The position numbers and the translations under genes were made by a program. A model generated the notes under the pieces. It saw nothing but the letters and a program-made list of their open reading frames with translations, ran no database searches and had not been told where the DNA came from. A stretch of 32,000 nucleotides of DNA from Candidatus Scalindua sp. SCAELEC01 (GTDB lineage: Bacteria; Planctomycetota; Brocadiia; Brocadiales; Scalinduaceae): the NCBI GenBank assembly GCA_004282745.1, contig SHMT01000008.1:19909-51908 (forward strand), given 5' to 3'. This document shows positions 1-8,972 of the stretch, in pieces (position 1 is the stretch's first letter; each line of letters starts with the position of its first letter).

Positions 1-658
1 AACCTAAAATTTGAATCACTTTGATGTCGTAATTCTTATATCGTAAAAAATTTAACCCTTTCCTGTAGACTTCGGGTTCCAACATGAAATCAGATATCAA
101 CACAACGGTACCTCTCGTACTCTTGACATCGTATGCATATTTTACGATAGAATTAAAAAAATCTAGTGTTCCTTCCGGGACAACGTTGTCTAAAAAATCA
201 GATATCTTAAAGATATTTTCCTTCTTCTGGAAAAAGGGTGTTCGGGTATTGAGGATAGAATCACCGTCCGCCAGTTTTGCAACCCTTACGCTATTTTTGC
301 TTGATAAGGCGATATAGCTCAATGCAATCGCAAGGTTCTTTGCATATTCAAATTTTTTGTCCTCTTTCGGAAACAGCATTGACCTACTGGAATCCATAAG
401 GATGTGAACAGAAAGCTCCACCTCTTCTTTAAAGGTTTTTATCAGTAATTTGTCAAGTCTTCCGTAAATATTCCAATCGATATATCGGAAATCATCTCCG
501 GGAACATATTCCTGGTAATCGGCAAATTCGATGCTGCTCCCTCTCTTGTTTACCATTTCATAATTACCTTTTCGGTTTCCAAGATATGTTTTCCTGCATC
601 CGATACATAACGATTCAAGTTTTCGCAGAAAAGTAGCATCAAAAATATCTGCAAGCAT
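1..658 (-). CDS. DUF58 domain-containing protein, N-terminal part (runs off the window start)
   Basis: Reverse-strand translation from the ATG at 658: MLADIFDATFLRKLESLCIGCRKTYLGNRKGNYEMVNKRGSSIEFADYQEYVPGDDFRYIDWNIYGRLDKLLIKT..., with the typical DUF58 signature (GSSIEFADYQEYVPGDDFRYIDWNIYGR) followed by a vWA-like segment (VHILMDSSRSM). Confidence 0.88.
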   Translation of the reverse strand, partial: MLADIFDATFLRKLESLCIGCRKTYLGNRKGNYEMVNKRGSSIEFADYQEYVPGDDFRYIDWNIYGRLDKLLIKTFKEEVELSVHILMDSSRSMLFPKEDKKFEYAKNLAIALSYIALSSKNSVRVAKLADGDSILNTRTPFFQKKENIFKISDFLDNVVPEGTLDFFNSIVKYAYDVKSTRGTVVLISDFMLEPEVYRKGLNFLRYKNYDIKVIQILG

Positions 659-1001
659 ATAATTATTCCCTCGATTTTGTGCATGACGCACGCCAGAACG
701 AACGTCGGGCTAGCACAACGTATTCAAAATGATTAGATCGCCGCCAGCCAAAATAATAGAACACAAGGATGAACCCGTTCGGAATGGGTCAGACTATTCA
801 CACTTCAGGCGGAAGCGCTAACGCACTTTTTTACCCATCACAAATTGATTATCGCAATGGGTTTCATTCTCATATTATCCGTGACAATTATTATAAATGA
901 GTGGGTCTGTTTTGCAACATAATTCGAAGTGAGAAGGTCGCTATGGAAGGCAGGAATTACAGGAATGGTTAATTGAAAAACACGATAATGCTCTTGTTAG
1001 A

Positions 1002-1361
1002 TTAGTCCAATACTATTGAGGTGAGCGCTTTATTTATTAGTTTGTTTAAGCTTTCACCTTTGCTGATTGCTTTTATTGATAATCTTTCATGTAATTCTGG
1101 CGATAGTCTTAAATGAAGTTTTCCTGAATATTTTTTATTGGCAGTTGGTTTTGGCAGGGGCTGTCCTGATTCATTATATAACTTAATTACTTCTTTTGCT
1201 ACTTGGCAGAGTTCTTTATAAACTTTTTCTTCCTCATCACCATGTATACCGCCATCGATTAGACCTGGTATTCTTCCTATAAAACAATTGTCTTCATCAG
1301 ACCACTCTACAATCTTAATATATTGCGAGGAAACTCTGTCTTTTTTTATATTTTTTTTCAT
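1002..1361 (-). CDS. hicB: HicB-family antitoxin
   Basis: 119 aa with a HicB-like N-terminus (YIKIVEWSDEDNCFIGRIPGLIDGGIHGDEEEKVYKELCQVAKEVI) and a C-terminal RHH/HicB DNA-binding segment (KLHLRLSPELHERLSIKAISKGESLNKLINKALTS); 4-nt overlap with the upstream HicA-like ORF. Confidence 0.87.
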   Translation of the reverse strand: MKKNIKKDRVSSQYIKIVEWSDEDNCFIGRIPGLIDGGIHGDEEEKVYKELCQVAKEVIKLYNESGQPLPKPTANKKYSGKLHLRLSPELHERLSIKAISKGESLNKLINKALTSIVLD

Positions 1362-1573
1362 GATTTTGATTCTTCTATTTTTCTTTTTACATCTCTTTCC
1401 TGATATTTTTTGGCATCACTACCCAATTTACCTGAAAGTGTTATTGGTTTTTTACAGTTGTAATGAACAAAGTTTCTATGGCTTCCCTTACCACCTTTAT
1501 CAATAAAACCTGCCCTTGTAAGGTCCCGTATAAGGTCTTTAATCTTTCTGGGCATGACAGTATGATACCACAA
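1358..1573 (-). CDS. hicA: HicA-family mRNA interferase toxin
   Basis: 71 aa (probable start is the internal Met, MPRKIKDLIRDLTRAGF...), with the GGKGSHRNFVHYNCKKPITLSGKLGSDAKKYQERDVKRKIEE pattern typical of HicA, directly upstream of hicB. Confidence 0.88.
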   Translation of the reverse strand: MWYHTVMPRKIKDLIRDLTRAGFIDKGGKGSHRNFVHYNCKKPITLSGKLGSDAKKYQERDVKRKIEESKS

Positions 1574-1582
1574 TGATACCGA

Positions 1583-1981
1583 ATGTCAACGCTGGATATT
1601 AATTTACTTGTCACACATAATGCCGGAGTTGTCCGTTTTGAAGGTGATAAAGATAGGAGAGATCTCTTAAAGCTGTTTGAACATGCCGTAATTTTAGAAT
1701 TTATTAGAGGGATACGTTCTCTAAATGAAGATTACAAACTCTATTATTATTGGCGTACGGCTGGAGGTGCAGAGGTTGATTGTGTTATTGAGACCGGTGC
1801 CTTGTTAATACCTATTGAGATGAAAGCAAGTTCCAGGGTAACGCTGTCAGATGTTCGTGGACTGTTAAGTTTTATTAATTCATATGAAGGGAAAACAGAA
1901 CAGGTGTTTGTCGTAACAAACGGGAGGGTTTCGGAAAAACTGTCGGATATGATTCCGGTCATTCCGTGGAAATATTTGTAA
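1583..1981 (+). pseudogene. C-terminal remnant of an AAA+/DUF4143-type ATPase
   Basis: 132 aa containing the DUF4143 C-terminal signature (LYYYWRTAGGAEVDCVIETGALLIPIEMKASSRVTLSDVRGLLSFINSYEGKTEQVFVVTNG) but no Walker A/B domain upstream. Confidence 0.72.
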
Positions 1982-1984
1982 TTG

Positions 1985-2110
1985 GTGTTTGAACAAAAAG
2001 TGCCCGGCTACAAGACGCGTAACAATTTCGTAACCGGAGCGTACTCAAGTACGTGAGGATTACGGAATCGTTACAGTAACGCAGTAGATGGGTAGTTTTC
2101 GTCCAAACAC
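1985..2110. repeat. MITE-like repeat, family 1, copy a
   Basis: Begins GTGTTTGAACAAAAAGTGCCCGG and ends GTTTTCGTCCAAACAC. The core GTAACCGGAGCGTACTCAAGTACGTGAGGATTACGGAAT...AACGCAGTAGATGG is shared with copies near 10818, 12482, 14164 and 14777. Confidence 0.82.
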
Positions 2111-3159
2111 TATCTACTCTCCTTCGCCCTCTCCAGTATATTCTCTATAATGTCTTTTGATTTAATATTATCTGCATCTGCTTCAAAATTTAAGAGCAAT
2201 CTGTGGTTAAGTGAAGCGACCGCAACCTTATCAACATCATCGTAGCTTATGTTTGCCCTGTTGTCTAAAAGGGCCATCACCTTTGCAGCCAACACAACAG
2301 ACTGTGCACCCCGAGGACTTGACCCAAAGGTCACATACCGCTTAATAAGGTCTATGGTATCGTCTCGCTCTACGGTCTGGCTGCTCACCTTCAGATTATC
2401 TGGATGTGTCATCGATATGATGTTTACAACATAATCCTCTACTTTCGATGAAACTAAGACGTTTCTCACCAACTTTTTCATTTCTGCAACCTTTTTTGCA
2501 GCATGTTTGGGATCAAACACCGGTTGAATGGCATATTTCTCGTTGACGGTCGTCTGGCGTAATATCTCCTTTAGTTCATTGTTATTTGGGAAAGCGAGGT
2601 TAACTTTAACGAAAAACCTGTCCAGCTGAGCCTCTGGTAAAGTGTACGTACCTTCCATCTCAATTGGATTTTGGGTCGCCAAAACAAAAAAAGGGTTTAC
2701 CAATTTATGGGTCTTACCGGAGACCGTGACCTGCCCCTCTTCCATAGCCTCCAACATGGCAGATTGTGTTTTCGGCGTTGCGCGATTAATTTCGTCAGCA
2801 AGGATAATGTTAGAGAATATGGGGCCTGCAGAAAACTCAAATTCCTTTATCCCCCCACTCCTTTCAACGACTATCTGAGTACCAACAATATCTGCCGGCA
2901 TCAGGTCAGGCGTAAACTGTATTCTGCTGAAATCGAATCCGAGTGCCTTGCTTAAAGATTTTACCAGTGAGGTCTTACCTAATCCGGGAACCCCTTCGAG
3001 AAGAACATGCCCGCCGGCAAAAAAAGCTGTCAAGACCGCCTCTATGATATCTTTGTTTCCCACTATCTCTTTGCCAATCTCATCACATAGATCACGAAAG
3101 ACCTTTTGAAAACTCTCTATCTCTTCCTTTATGCCAATCGCATCTTCATTAGTATGCAT
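2110..3159 (-). CDS. moxR: MoxR-family AAA+ ATPase
   Basis: Walker A GHVLLEGVPGLGKTSL, Walker B IILADEINRATPKTQSAMLEAMEEGQVTVSGKTH, sensor FVLATQNPIEMEGTYTLPEAQLDRF. The start is probably the internal Met at 3159 (MHTNEDAIG) rather than 3195. Confidence 0.95.
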   Translation of the reverse strand: MHTNEDAIGIKEEIESFQKVFRDLCDEIGKEIVGNKDIIEAVLTAFFAGGHVLLEGVPGLGKTSLVKSLSKALGFDFSRIQFTPDLMPADIVGTQIVVERSGGIKEFEFSAGPIFSNIILADEINRATPKTQSAMLEAMEEGQVTVSGKTHKLVNPFFVLATQNPIEMEGTYTLPEAQLDRFFVKVNLAFPNNNELKEILRQTTVNEKYAIQPVFDPKHAAKKVAEMKKLVRNVLVSSKVEDYVVNIISMTHPDNLKVSSQTVERDDTIDLIKRYVTFGSSPRGAQSVVLAAKVMALLDNRANISYDDVDKVAVASLNHRLLLNFEADADNIKSKDIIENILERAKESR

Positions 3160-3240
3160 AGTTACCTGTTTCTCCTCTGCTGAAAAAAAAATCACCTCCG
3201 TACTCTGAACAGCTTCCTTAAGCTCCGAAAAATAACAACG

Positions 3241-3296
3241 TATTAGGGTAAACCCACCACAAATTGAAACTAATTTGTGGTGGGTTTACCCTAATA
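3241..3296. repeat. Perfect 25-bp inverted repeat with 6-nt loop between moxR and the upstream gene
   Basis: TATTAGGGTAAACCCACCACAAATT-gaaact-AATTTGTGGTGGGTTTACCCTAATA; the arms are fully complementary by reading. Confidence 0.95.
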
Positions 3297-3302
3297 CTCC
3301 CC

Positions 3303-6300
3303 CTACTCCTTCTCAGTATAAATCTTCTTGATTATATCTTCATATTCTAGTGGTATTGAAGTATTCTCTATTGCATCATCTTCCGCTTGCTGGGTACTGA
3401 GTTCTGCCTCATCATCGTAACCAACAGTCGGTAACCTCCTTTTCACAGAAGACTCTCCCTTGCCAGAAGATATTGATTCCCTTTTTGTTCCGCTTTCGTC
3501 TTTCGTCCCCTTTACCTTAAGTCCAAACTTTTGAGCATCCGTTGACGAGTCGATTTTTTGAGGTTCGGAAGAGTAGAGCTCGCCCCCCGATTGACTTCCA
3601 CCTGGTCCTTCCGTCTCTTTAATGCTCCCCTCCAGCTGCCTGGCCCCTTTATCTGTCTCTGATTCAACACCCCTCTGTTTCTGCTGCGCTAAATCCTTCA
3701 TATCCTCATGCTTCCCCTCATCTGCACCTTGAGACCCACTCTTACCAGATGAATCAACCCCCATTTGCTTCTCAAGGTCTGATATTTGAGTAGAGAGATC
3801 TTTCATTTGATTTGATATTTCTCTCTTTAAGTCTGCAACATCCATTTTTTCATCTTGAGTACCAGCTTTTTGGCCAGGATCGGAACCAGCCTTTTGCCCC
3901 GCTTTGGTCCCAGATTCTGATCCTGCCTGCTGGCCCGCTTCGCTTCCCGGCTCTTGACCAGCCTTCTGACCCAGTTCGGTCCCCGCCTTCTGGCCACTCT
4001 GACTACCTGATTCCTGACCAGATTCTGTGCCAGACTTTTTGCCAGCTTGGTTTCCCGATTCTTGCCCTGTCTTCTGGCCGGTTTGCTGACCTGCCTCTGC
4101 TCCTGCTTGCTGACCAGCTTCTGCTCCGGCCTGTTGACCCGCTTTCTGTCCGGCCTGTTGACCCGCATCTGCACCTGCCTGTTGACCTGCTTCTGCTCCT
4201 GCCTGTTGACCCGCTTCTGCTCTTGCTTGCTGGCCTGCTTTCTGGCCGGCCTCTTGACCCGCATCTGCACCCGCTTGCTGACCAGCTTTCTGGCCGGCCT
4301 GTTGCCCCGCCTCTGCACCTGCCTGCTGACCCGCTTTCTGCCCAGCCTGTTGACCTGCTTCTGCTCCTGCCTGTTGGCCAGCCTTCTGCCCGGCCTGCTG
4401 CCCTGCCTCTGCTCCTGCCTGCTGACCAGCCTTGTGCCCGGCCTGTTGACCAGCTTCTGCTCCTGCTTGCTGTCCCGCTTGTTGCCCTGCCTCTGCCCCG
4501 GCCTGTTGACCTGCTTTCTGGCCGGCTTCTTGACCCGCTTCTGCTCCGGCCTGTTGCCCTGCCTCTGCCCCTGCCTGCTGGCCTGCTTTCTGTCCAGCTT
4601 GTTGCCCTGCCTCTGCACCAGCCTGTTGACCTGCTTCTGCTCCTGCCTGTTGACCCGCTTTCTGCCCAGCTTGTTGCCCTGCCTCTGCACCCACCTGCTG
4701 ACCCGATTTCTGTTCTGCCTGCTGGCCTGCCTCTGCCCCCGCCTGCTGGCCGGCTTTCTGGCCAGCTTGTTGCCCTGCTTCTACACCAGCCTTCTGACCA
4801 CTCTCACTGTCCGAATCCTGGCCAGATTCTGTGCCTGACTTTTTATCCGCCTCGCTTCCCGATTCCTGTCCAGACTTCTGACCACTCTCACTGCCCGAAT
4901 CTTGACCCGATTCTGTACCGGTCTTTTGACCCGATTCGCTTCCCGATTCCTGTCCAGACTTCTGACCACTCTCACTGCCCGAATCCTGACCCGATTCTGT
5001 GCCTGACTTTTGACCCGATTCGCTTCCCGATTCCTGTCCAGACTCCCGACCACTCTCACTGCCCGAAGACTGGCCCGATTCTGTGCCGGACTCTTGACCC
5101 GCTTCGCTCCCCGATTCCTGTCCAGACTTCGATCCACCATTCTCACCGGCCTCTTTTTGTTCAGCGCCTGCCGTATCTGCATCCATTGGTGTTTGAGATG
5201 CAGATGGACCTGAACCATTTGGACTACCCTCTTCGTTCGAATCCCCTTTGTCTGAATCTTCACCCTTCATTTCTGAGCTACCACCCTGTTGCGATTTGGA
5301 TTCTGGTCCACTTTCCTCTTCCAAATCGGAAGGTGCAGATGAAGATTTTTCAGATTTTCGGGGCTCACTAGTTGGCCCCTCTTGTGATGATTCACTCTGG
5401 GAAGAATCGGAGGTCTCTTTGGACGGAGACGATTCTGTTTCTGCTTGCCCCGTCTTGTTTTGTTGGGCATCACCTTGATCTTTGTTCATATCTTCTATAG
5501 GAATATCCATTGGCGGGGCGCTATTTTTATCTTTATTTGACATGAACAGTTGTGCCAGTTTTTGCAGTAATTTTGACTTAGGCGCCTTGGGTTTCTCCTC
5601 CTCTTGTTTACTCTCAGGTGGTTTTTCTTGAGGAGTCTCTTTGTCTGGAGTGGCAGCATCTGCTGTCTTTGGTTGCTCCTCCTCGTTCTTTGGACTTTCA
5701 GACGGTTCGCTTTTAGGCTTTTCATTCTCCTGTGGGGAAGCATCCGCACTTTTATTCTCCTCACGCTCCTTTCTGTCCGTTGGTTTCTTATCCCTTTCCG
5801 CCGTCTGCTTTGACTGTTTATCTCTCTGTTCGTTCTCTTTTTTATCCAGATCAGAAACTTCTGCATCTTTACTCTTGTTTTCACTACCAGGTTGTGTTTT
5901 ATTCTCAAGATTATTCAGGGTATTGTTAAGTTTACTCAGCAACTCAGAAACCTCTTCTTCCAACGTCTTCGGTCCTTTCTGCTGTTCACTTATCTCCGAT
6001 AGAGACTCTTCCTTGTCTTTATCCTTTTGTGCCTGTAACTGGTTTTTCTCTTCTCCCCCTTGTTCTTGTTTCGTTTTTTCACTCTTGGCATCAGCGAGTT
6101 CACGCTCTTCCCGTTCACTCTGAGACTCTTCTGAGTGCTCCTCTTGTTTCGCCACCTGCTCTTCTTCCGCACTTTTATCCTTCTCCTCTTGGCCCTCAGG
6201 TTGACCAGGCTCTTCTCCCCTCTCTTTTGAGTCCGATATCTCTGCGACTGAATCTCTTATCTCTTGAACAATTTCCACTGTCTTTTCCGGATAGATAATG

Positions 6301-6812
6301 GGAAGAAGAAGCAATAGTAATAGCAGTATGGCGACAGGAATTAATACTTTTGTTACCCCGGGAAGTTTGTGTGGAATGGTCGCCTTTATGCCTTTATCAT
6401 CAAGCTGAGTGGTAATATCAGCAACAAGCATATCTAAAAACCTGTTTGACTCTTCCTGGTCTGCATACTCTAAACCCGTAACAAGTCGCTCCTTAAAATG
6501 CATCTCTTCGTCTAAGAGGCTCGCCGCCTCCAATTTTCCGATCCAATTGATAATAATAAATGCGAGGGTGACAAAGAAATATATCGTGAATGCTGAGATC
6601 AGGATAAGGGGTATGTAAGAGGGTAGCTCGATAAATTTCTGGGCAATAAGTGTGACCAGGGCTATCGTTAGACCAATTGCCAGAACGGTAAAGAGTGCTT
6701 TTTCACACCTAAAAAGGTTGTATCTGAAGCGAACCTTCTCAACTCTCTCTTCAATTTGCTTTTTAGAAGTTTTCACCTCTTGACGGCTCACGTTATTGTC
6801 ATCAATTTCCAT
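3303..6812 (-). CDS. Large membrane-anchored protein with N-terminal TM segments and a very long low-complexity G/Q/A/S/E/K repeat domain, in a MoxR operon context
   Basis: ORF track 3303..6971; the internal ATG at 6812 (MEIDDNNVSRQEVKTSKKQ...) is the more plausible start. N-terminal hydrophobic segments (ALFTVLAIGLTIALVTLIAQ; YIPLILISAFTIYFFVTLAFIIINW; VLIPVAILLLLLLLLPIIY), then acidic/lysine coiled-coil-like and repeat regions. Confidence 0.85.
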   Translation of the reverse strand: MEIDDNNVSRQEVKTSKKQIEERVEKVRFRYNLFRCEKALFTVLAIGLTIALVTLIAQKFIELPSYIPLILISAFTIYFFVTLAFIIINWIGKLEAASLLDEEMHFKERLVTGLEYADQEESNRFLDMLVADITTQLDDKGIKATIPHKLPGVTKVLIPVAILLLLLLLLPIIYPEKTVEIVQEIRDSVAEISDSKERGEEPGQPEGQEEKDKSAEEEQVAKQEEHSEESQSEREERELADAKSEKTKQEQGGEEKNQLQAQKDKDKEESLSEISEQQKGPKTLEEEVSELLSKLNNTLNNLENKTQPGSENKSKDAEVSDLDKKENEQRDKQSKQTAERDKKPTDRKEREENKSADASPQENEKPKSEPSESPKNEEEQPKTADAATPDKETPQEKPPESKQEEEKPKAPKSKLLQKLAQLFMSNKDKNSAPPMDIPIEDMNKDQGDAQQNKTGQAETESSPSKETSDSSQSESSQEGPTSEPRKSEKSSSAPSDLEEESGPESKSQQGGSSEMKGEDSDKGDSNEEGSPNGSGPSASQTPMDADTAGAEQKEAGENGGSKSGQESGSEAGQESGTESGQSSGSESGRESGQESGSESGQKSGTESGQDSGSESGQKSGQESGSESGQKTGTESGQDSGSESGQKSGQESGSEADKKSGTESGQDSDSESGQKAGVEAGQQAGQKAGQQAGAEAGQQAEQKSGQQVGAEAGQQAGQKAGQQAGAEAGQQAGAEAGQQAGQKAGQQAGAEAGQQAGAEAGQEAGQKAGQQAGAEAGQQAGQQAGAEAGQQAGHKAGQQAGAEAGQQAGQKAGQQAGAEAGQQAGQKAGQQAGAEAGQQAGQKAGQQAGADAGQEAGQKAGQQARAEAGQQAGAEAGQQAGADAGQQAGQKAGQQAGAEAGQQAGAEAGQQTGQKTGQESGNQAGKKSGTESGQESGSQSGQKAGTELGQKAGQEPGSEAGQQAGSESGTKAGQKAGSDPGQKAGTQDEKMDVADLKREISNQMKDLSTQISDLEKQMGVDSSGKSGSQGADEGKHEDMKDLAQQKQRGVESETDKGARQLEGSIKETEGPGGSQSGGELYSSEPQKIDSSTDAQKFGLKVKGTKDESGTKRESISSGKGESSVKRRLPTVGYDDEAELSTQQAEDDAIENTSIPLEYEDIIKKIYTEKE
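3862..5135. repeat. Coding tandem repeat region (GQQA/GQKA/GAEA/SGQ/ESG quartets)
   Basis: Minus-strand translation reads ESGSESGQKSGTESG... then GQQAGQKAGQQAGAEAG... in 4-residue modules, often grouped in 16-aa (48-bp) super-repeats. All three frames stay largely open because of the 12-bp periodicity. Confidence 0.9.
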
Positions 6813-7178
6813 ATTCTTTTCCTTATTTGCGTATTTTTTCATAAAAAGAGAGACATTACCAGTTAAAAAGCGGTAGATCTTTACGCATTGACAGCGTTTA
6901 GGAACGATAATGCGTAAAATAACACGCAAGTGGAAGGATTGAATCTCCATTTCAGCATTGATGTAATCCATTAGCCATTTTGGCAGGTGAACATCTGCAA
7001 GTTGAGTAGTGCCAACGAAAACCCTACCCTTTGAAGAAATGGACCTCTCTTTTGGTGAAAAGGAGATATGTCTTTTAATACTAGTTGGGGAGAAAGGAAC
7101 AAATCAGGCTGTAAGAGTAACTGAGCTTATCCTTCGGCACCCGCTGATTGGGCACGTCCCGGCTGAGAGACAGAGCGT

Positions 7179-7345
7179 TATACTGATCTCATAATGGTTT
7201 TCGGATAAAATCTGAAAAAAAAACGGAGCAAGTTAAGCCCTCGGACCCTTTGTCCGGGGATAACGACCCGCCTGAACGACGTGTCGGGCAGGCAACCGCG
7301 ATTTGGTTTTCATCAAAACCGAAAACCAAATCGACTTGAGTATAT
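7179..7345. repeat. MITE-like repeat, family 3, copy a
   Basis: TATACTGATCTCATAATGGTTTTCGGATAAAATCTG...AAAACCGAAAACCAAATCGACTTGAGTATAT; the same ends occur in the copies at 12607 and 24103. Confidence 0.72.
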
Positions 7346-7380
7346 GTCAACGTTGAATTGCTTTTCTATTTGTTGATCTC

Positions 7381-7878
7381 TTATTCATAGTGCGCTGGAA
7401 TCCATGTCTTCTCTTCGTATTCATTCCAATTTCCCGAAGGTACAAGTCTATCTTCATAGTGGCCCTCGATCCTTCGGTCACCGTCAACACGTTCTTCTAC
7501 CCAGACTCTCTCTTTTTTTGACGTATCGACCCACTCCCTCTTTTTTACATATTCATAGTGGCCTTCAATATAATTCTTCCCTTGGCCGGAGCTAGATTGC
7601 CTTTCAAGCTCAAGCTGTCTTTGCATATCAGCCCGTTCTCGATCTTCCCTTTTTTTATCCATACTGTCTCCAACCAAGGCCCCTCCCAAAGCTCCTGCAC
7701 CGGCACCGATAGCGGCGCCGAGAGCAGGATCACCGACAATTGCACCGATACCCGCCCCGAGCGCTGCTCCTACCCCGGTTCCAACACCCGCACTTTTTTG
7801 TGTAGTTGTCAAACAACCTGCGGTAAGGATTGATACTACCGCCATGCCAATTACGAAAAGAAATACTTTGCGATTCAT
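7381..7878 (-). CDS. Glycine-zipper lipoprotein
   Basis: Lipobox (VVSILTAGC), then a Gly-zipper (GVGAALGAGIGAIVGDPALGAAIGAGAGALGGALVG), then a charged region with GHYE repeats. Confidence 0.87.
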   Translation of the reverse strand: MNRKVFLFVIGMAVVSILTAGCLTTTQKSAGVGTGVGAALGAGIGAIVGDPALGAAIGAGAGALGGALVGDSMDKKREDRERADMQRQLELERQSSSGQGKNYIEGHYEYVKKREWVDTSKKERVWVEERVDGDRRIEGHYEDRLVPSGNWNEYEEKTWIPAHYE

Positions 7879-8213
7879 CTGTTTTCTCCGACAAGGATAA
7901 AAGGTTACACTATCTAAATATACTACAATGGCCCAGAATAACTAAAACAATTGCAAAAACCTAACCGGACACTACCGAGACTGAACATACTTTGCGGATA
8001 AATTCTTTTAATGGCTGAGGCTGTAAATCGCTTTAGCCTCCTACCTAGAAACGATGAGACATACAGAAAAATCCTTCCTCTATCAATCTAAGCGAAACCA
8101 TTTGAGCCCCTAACCTTATAAACACCCTCGCAGGATGTTTTGTTCCGCAGTGATGCTATCAAAAGGGTAGATTATTGTCAATATTATTTGTAATGGTTGT
8201 TATTACCAAACCT

Positions 8214-8972
8214 TCACACCTCAACCGTTAATCCATCGTAAGCCAGTTTAATGCCATCGGGTAGAGTTCCATTTATCTTATCATATTCTACTTCGTGGGC
8301 TATATGCGTAAACAATGCCTGTTTTGGTTTCAGTTGCGCCACAATGTCAAGGGCCTGTTCAATGTTAAAGTGTTTTTCGTGGGGACGTATCCTCAATGCA
8401 TCAAGGATTAAGAGATCAAGTCCTCTTAATTTATCCAGAGAACCAGTAGGAATATGGCTTACATCGGTTACATAGGCAACATTGCCAATCCGGTATCCGG
8501 TAACCACTTCCAACCCATGCATTACCTCAATGGGAATTATTTCAAAATTGGAGATAGCAAATGATCCATCAATGGATTTCAGGGTAAATCTCGGTTTACT
8601 GCCATTGGAAATTGTCTCTTCAAACACATAAGAGAACATCTTCTCTATTTGATTCACTGTCCCCTGAGATCCATATACGGGAATCACTGCCTTCTGCCTT
8701 ATGTTGAAGTGCCTCAAATCATCTAACCCCAATATATGATCAGCGTGAGCGTGGGTTAATAACACGGCGTCTACTCTCTTTACTTCATTCTTCAGACATT
8801 GAATACGCAGCTCTGTTGCTGCATCTATCAGGATATTCTGCTCTCTCCTGGATATCAAGATCGAAGAACGTGTCCTGGCATTTTTTGGGTTGTCAGAAAT
8901 ACAGACACTACATTCACAACCAATCATAGGGACACCATATGACGTTCCGGTACCCAGAAAAGTAATTCTCAT
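8214..8972 (-). CDS. MBL-fold metallohydrolase, PhnP-like
   Basis: MRITFLGTGTSYGVPMIGCECSVCISDNPKNARTRSSILI... and the metal-binding motif LLTHAHADHILGLDDLR; the 8972 start is preferred over 8990. Confidence 0.9.
   Translation of the reverse strand: MRITFLGTGTSYGVPMIGCECSVCISDNPKNARTRSSILISRREQNILIDAATELRIQCLKNEVKRVDAVLLTHAHADHILGLDDLRHFNIRQKAVIPVYGSQGTVNQIEKMFSYVFEETISNGSKPRFTLKSIDGSFAISNFEIIPIEVMHGLEVVTGYRIGNVAYVTDVSHIPTGSLDKLRGLDLLILDALRIRPHEKHFNIEQALDIVAQLKPKQALFTHIAHEVEYDKINGTLPDGIKLAYDGLTVEV

Noticed and set aside
3862-5135. Possible CRISPR-like array because of regularly spaced near-identical repeats.
   Set aside because: The repeats are contiguous 12/48-bp units in a continuous reading frame, with no unique spacers and no cas genes nearby.
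3812-5371. Large plus-strand ORF (519 aa, L/P/C-rich), plus 3827..4690 minus (Q/R-rich) and 4047..4838 plus (L/C-rich).
   Set aside because: These are shadow frames of the 12-bp-periodic repeat in the 3303..6812 minus-strand gene. Stop codons are absent only because of repeat composition, and the peptides look like translations of simple repeats.
7009-7194. 61-aa plus-strand ORF between the repeat protein and the lipoprotein gene.
   Set aside because: No motif, its 3' end runs into the family 3 repeat, and there is no convincing RBS.
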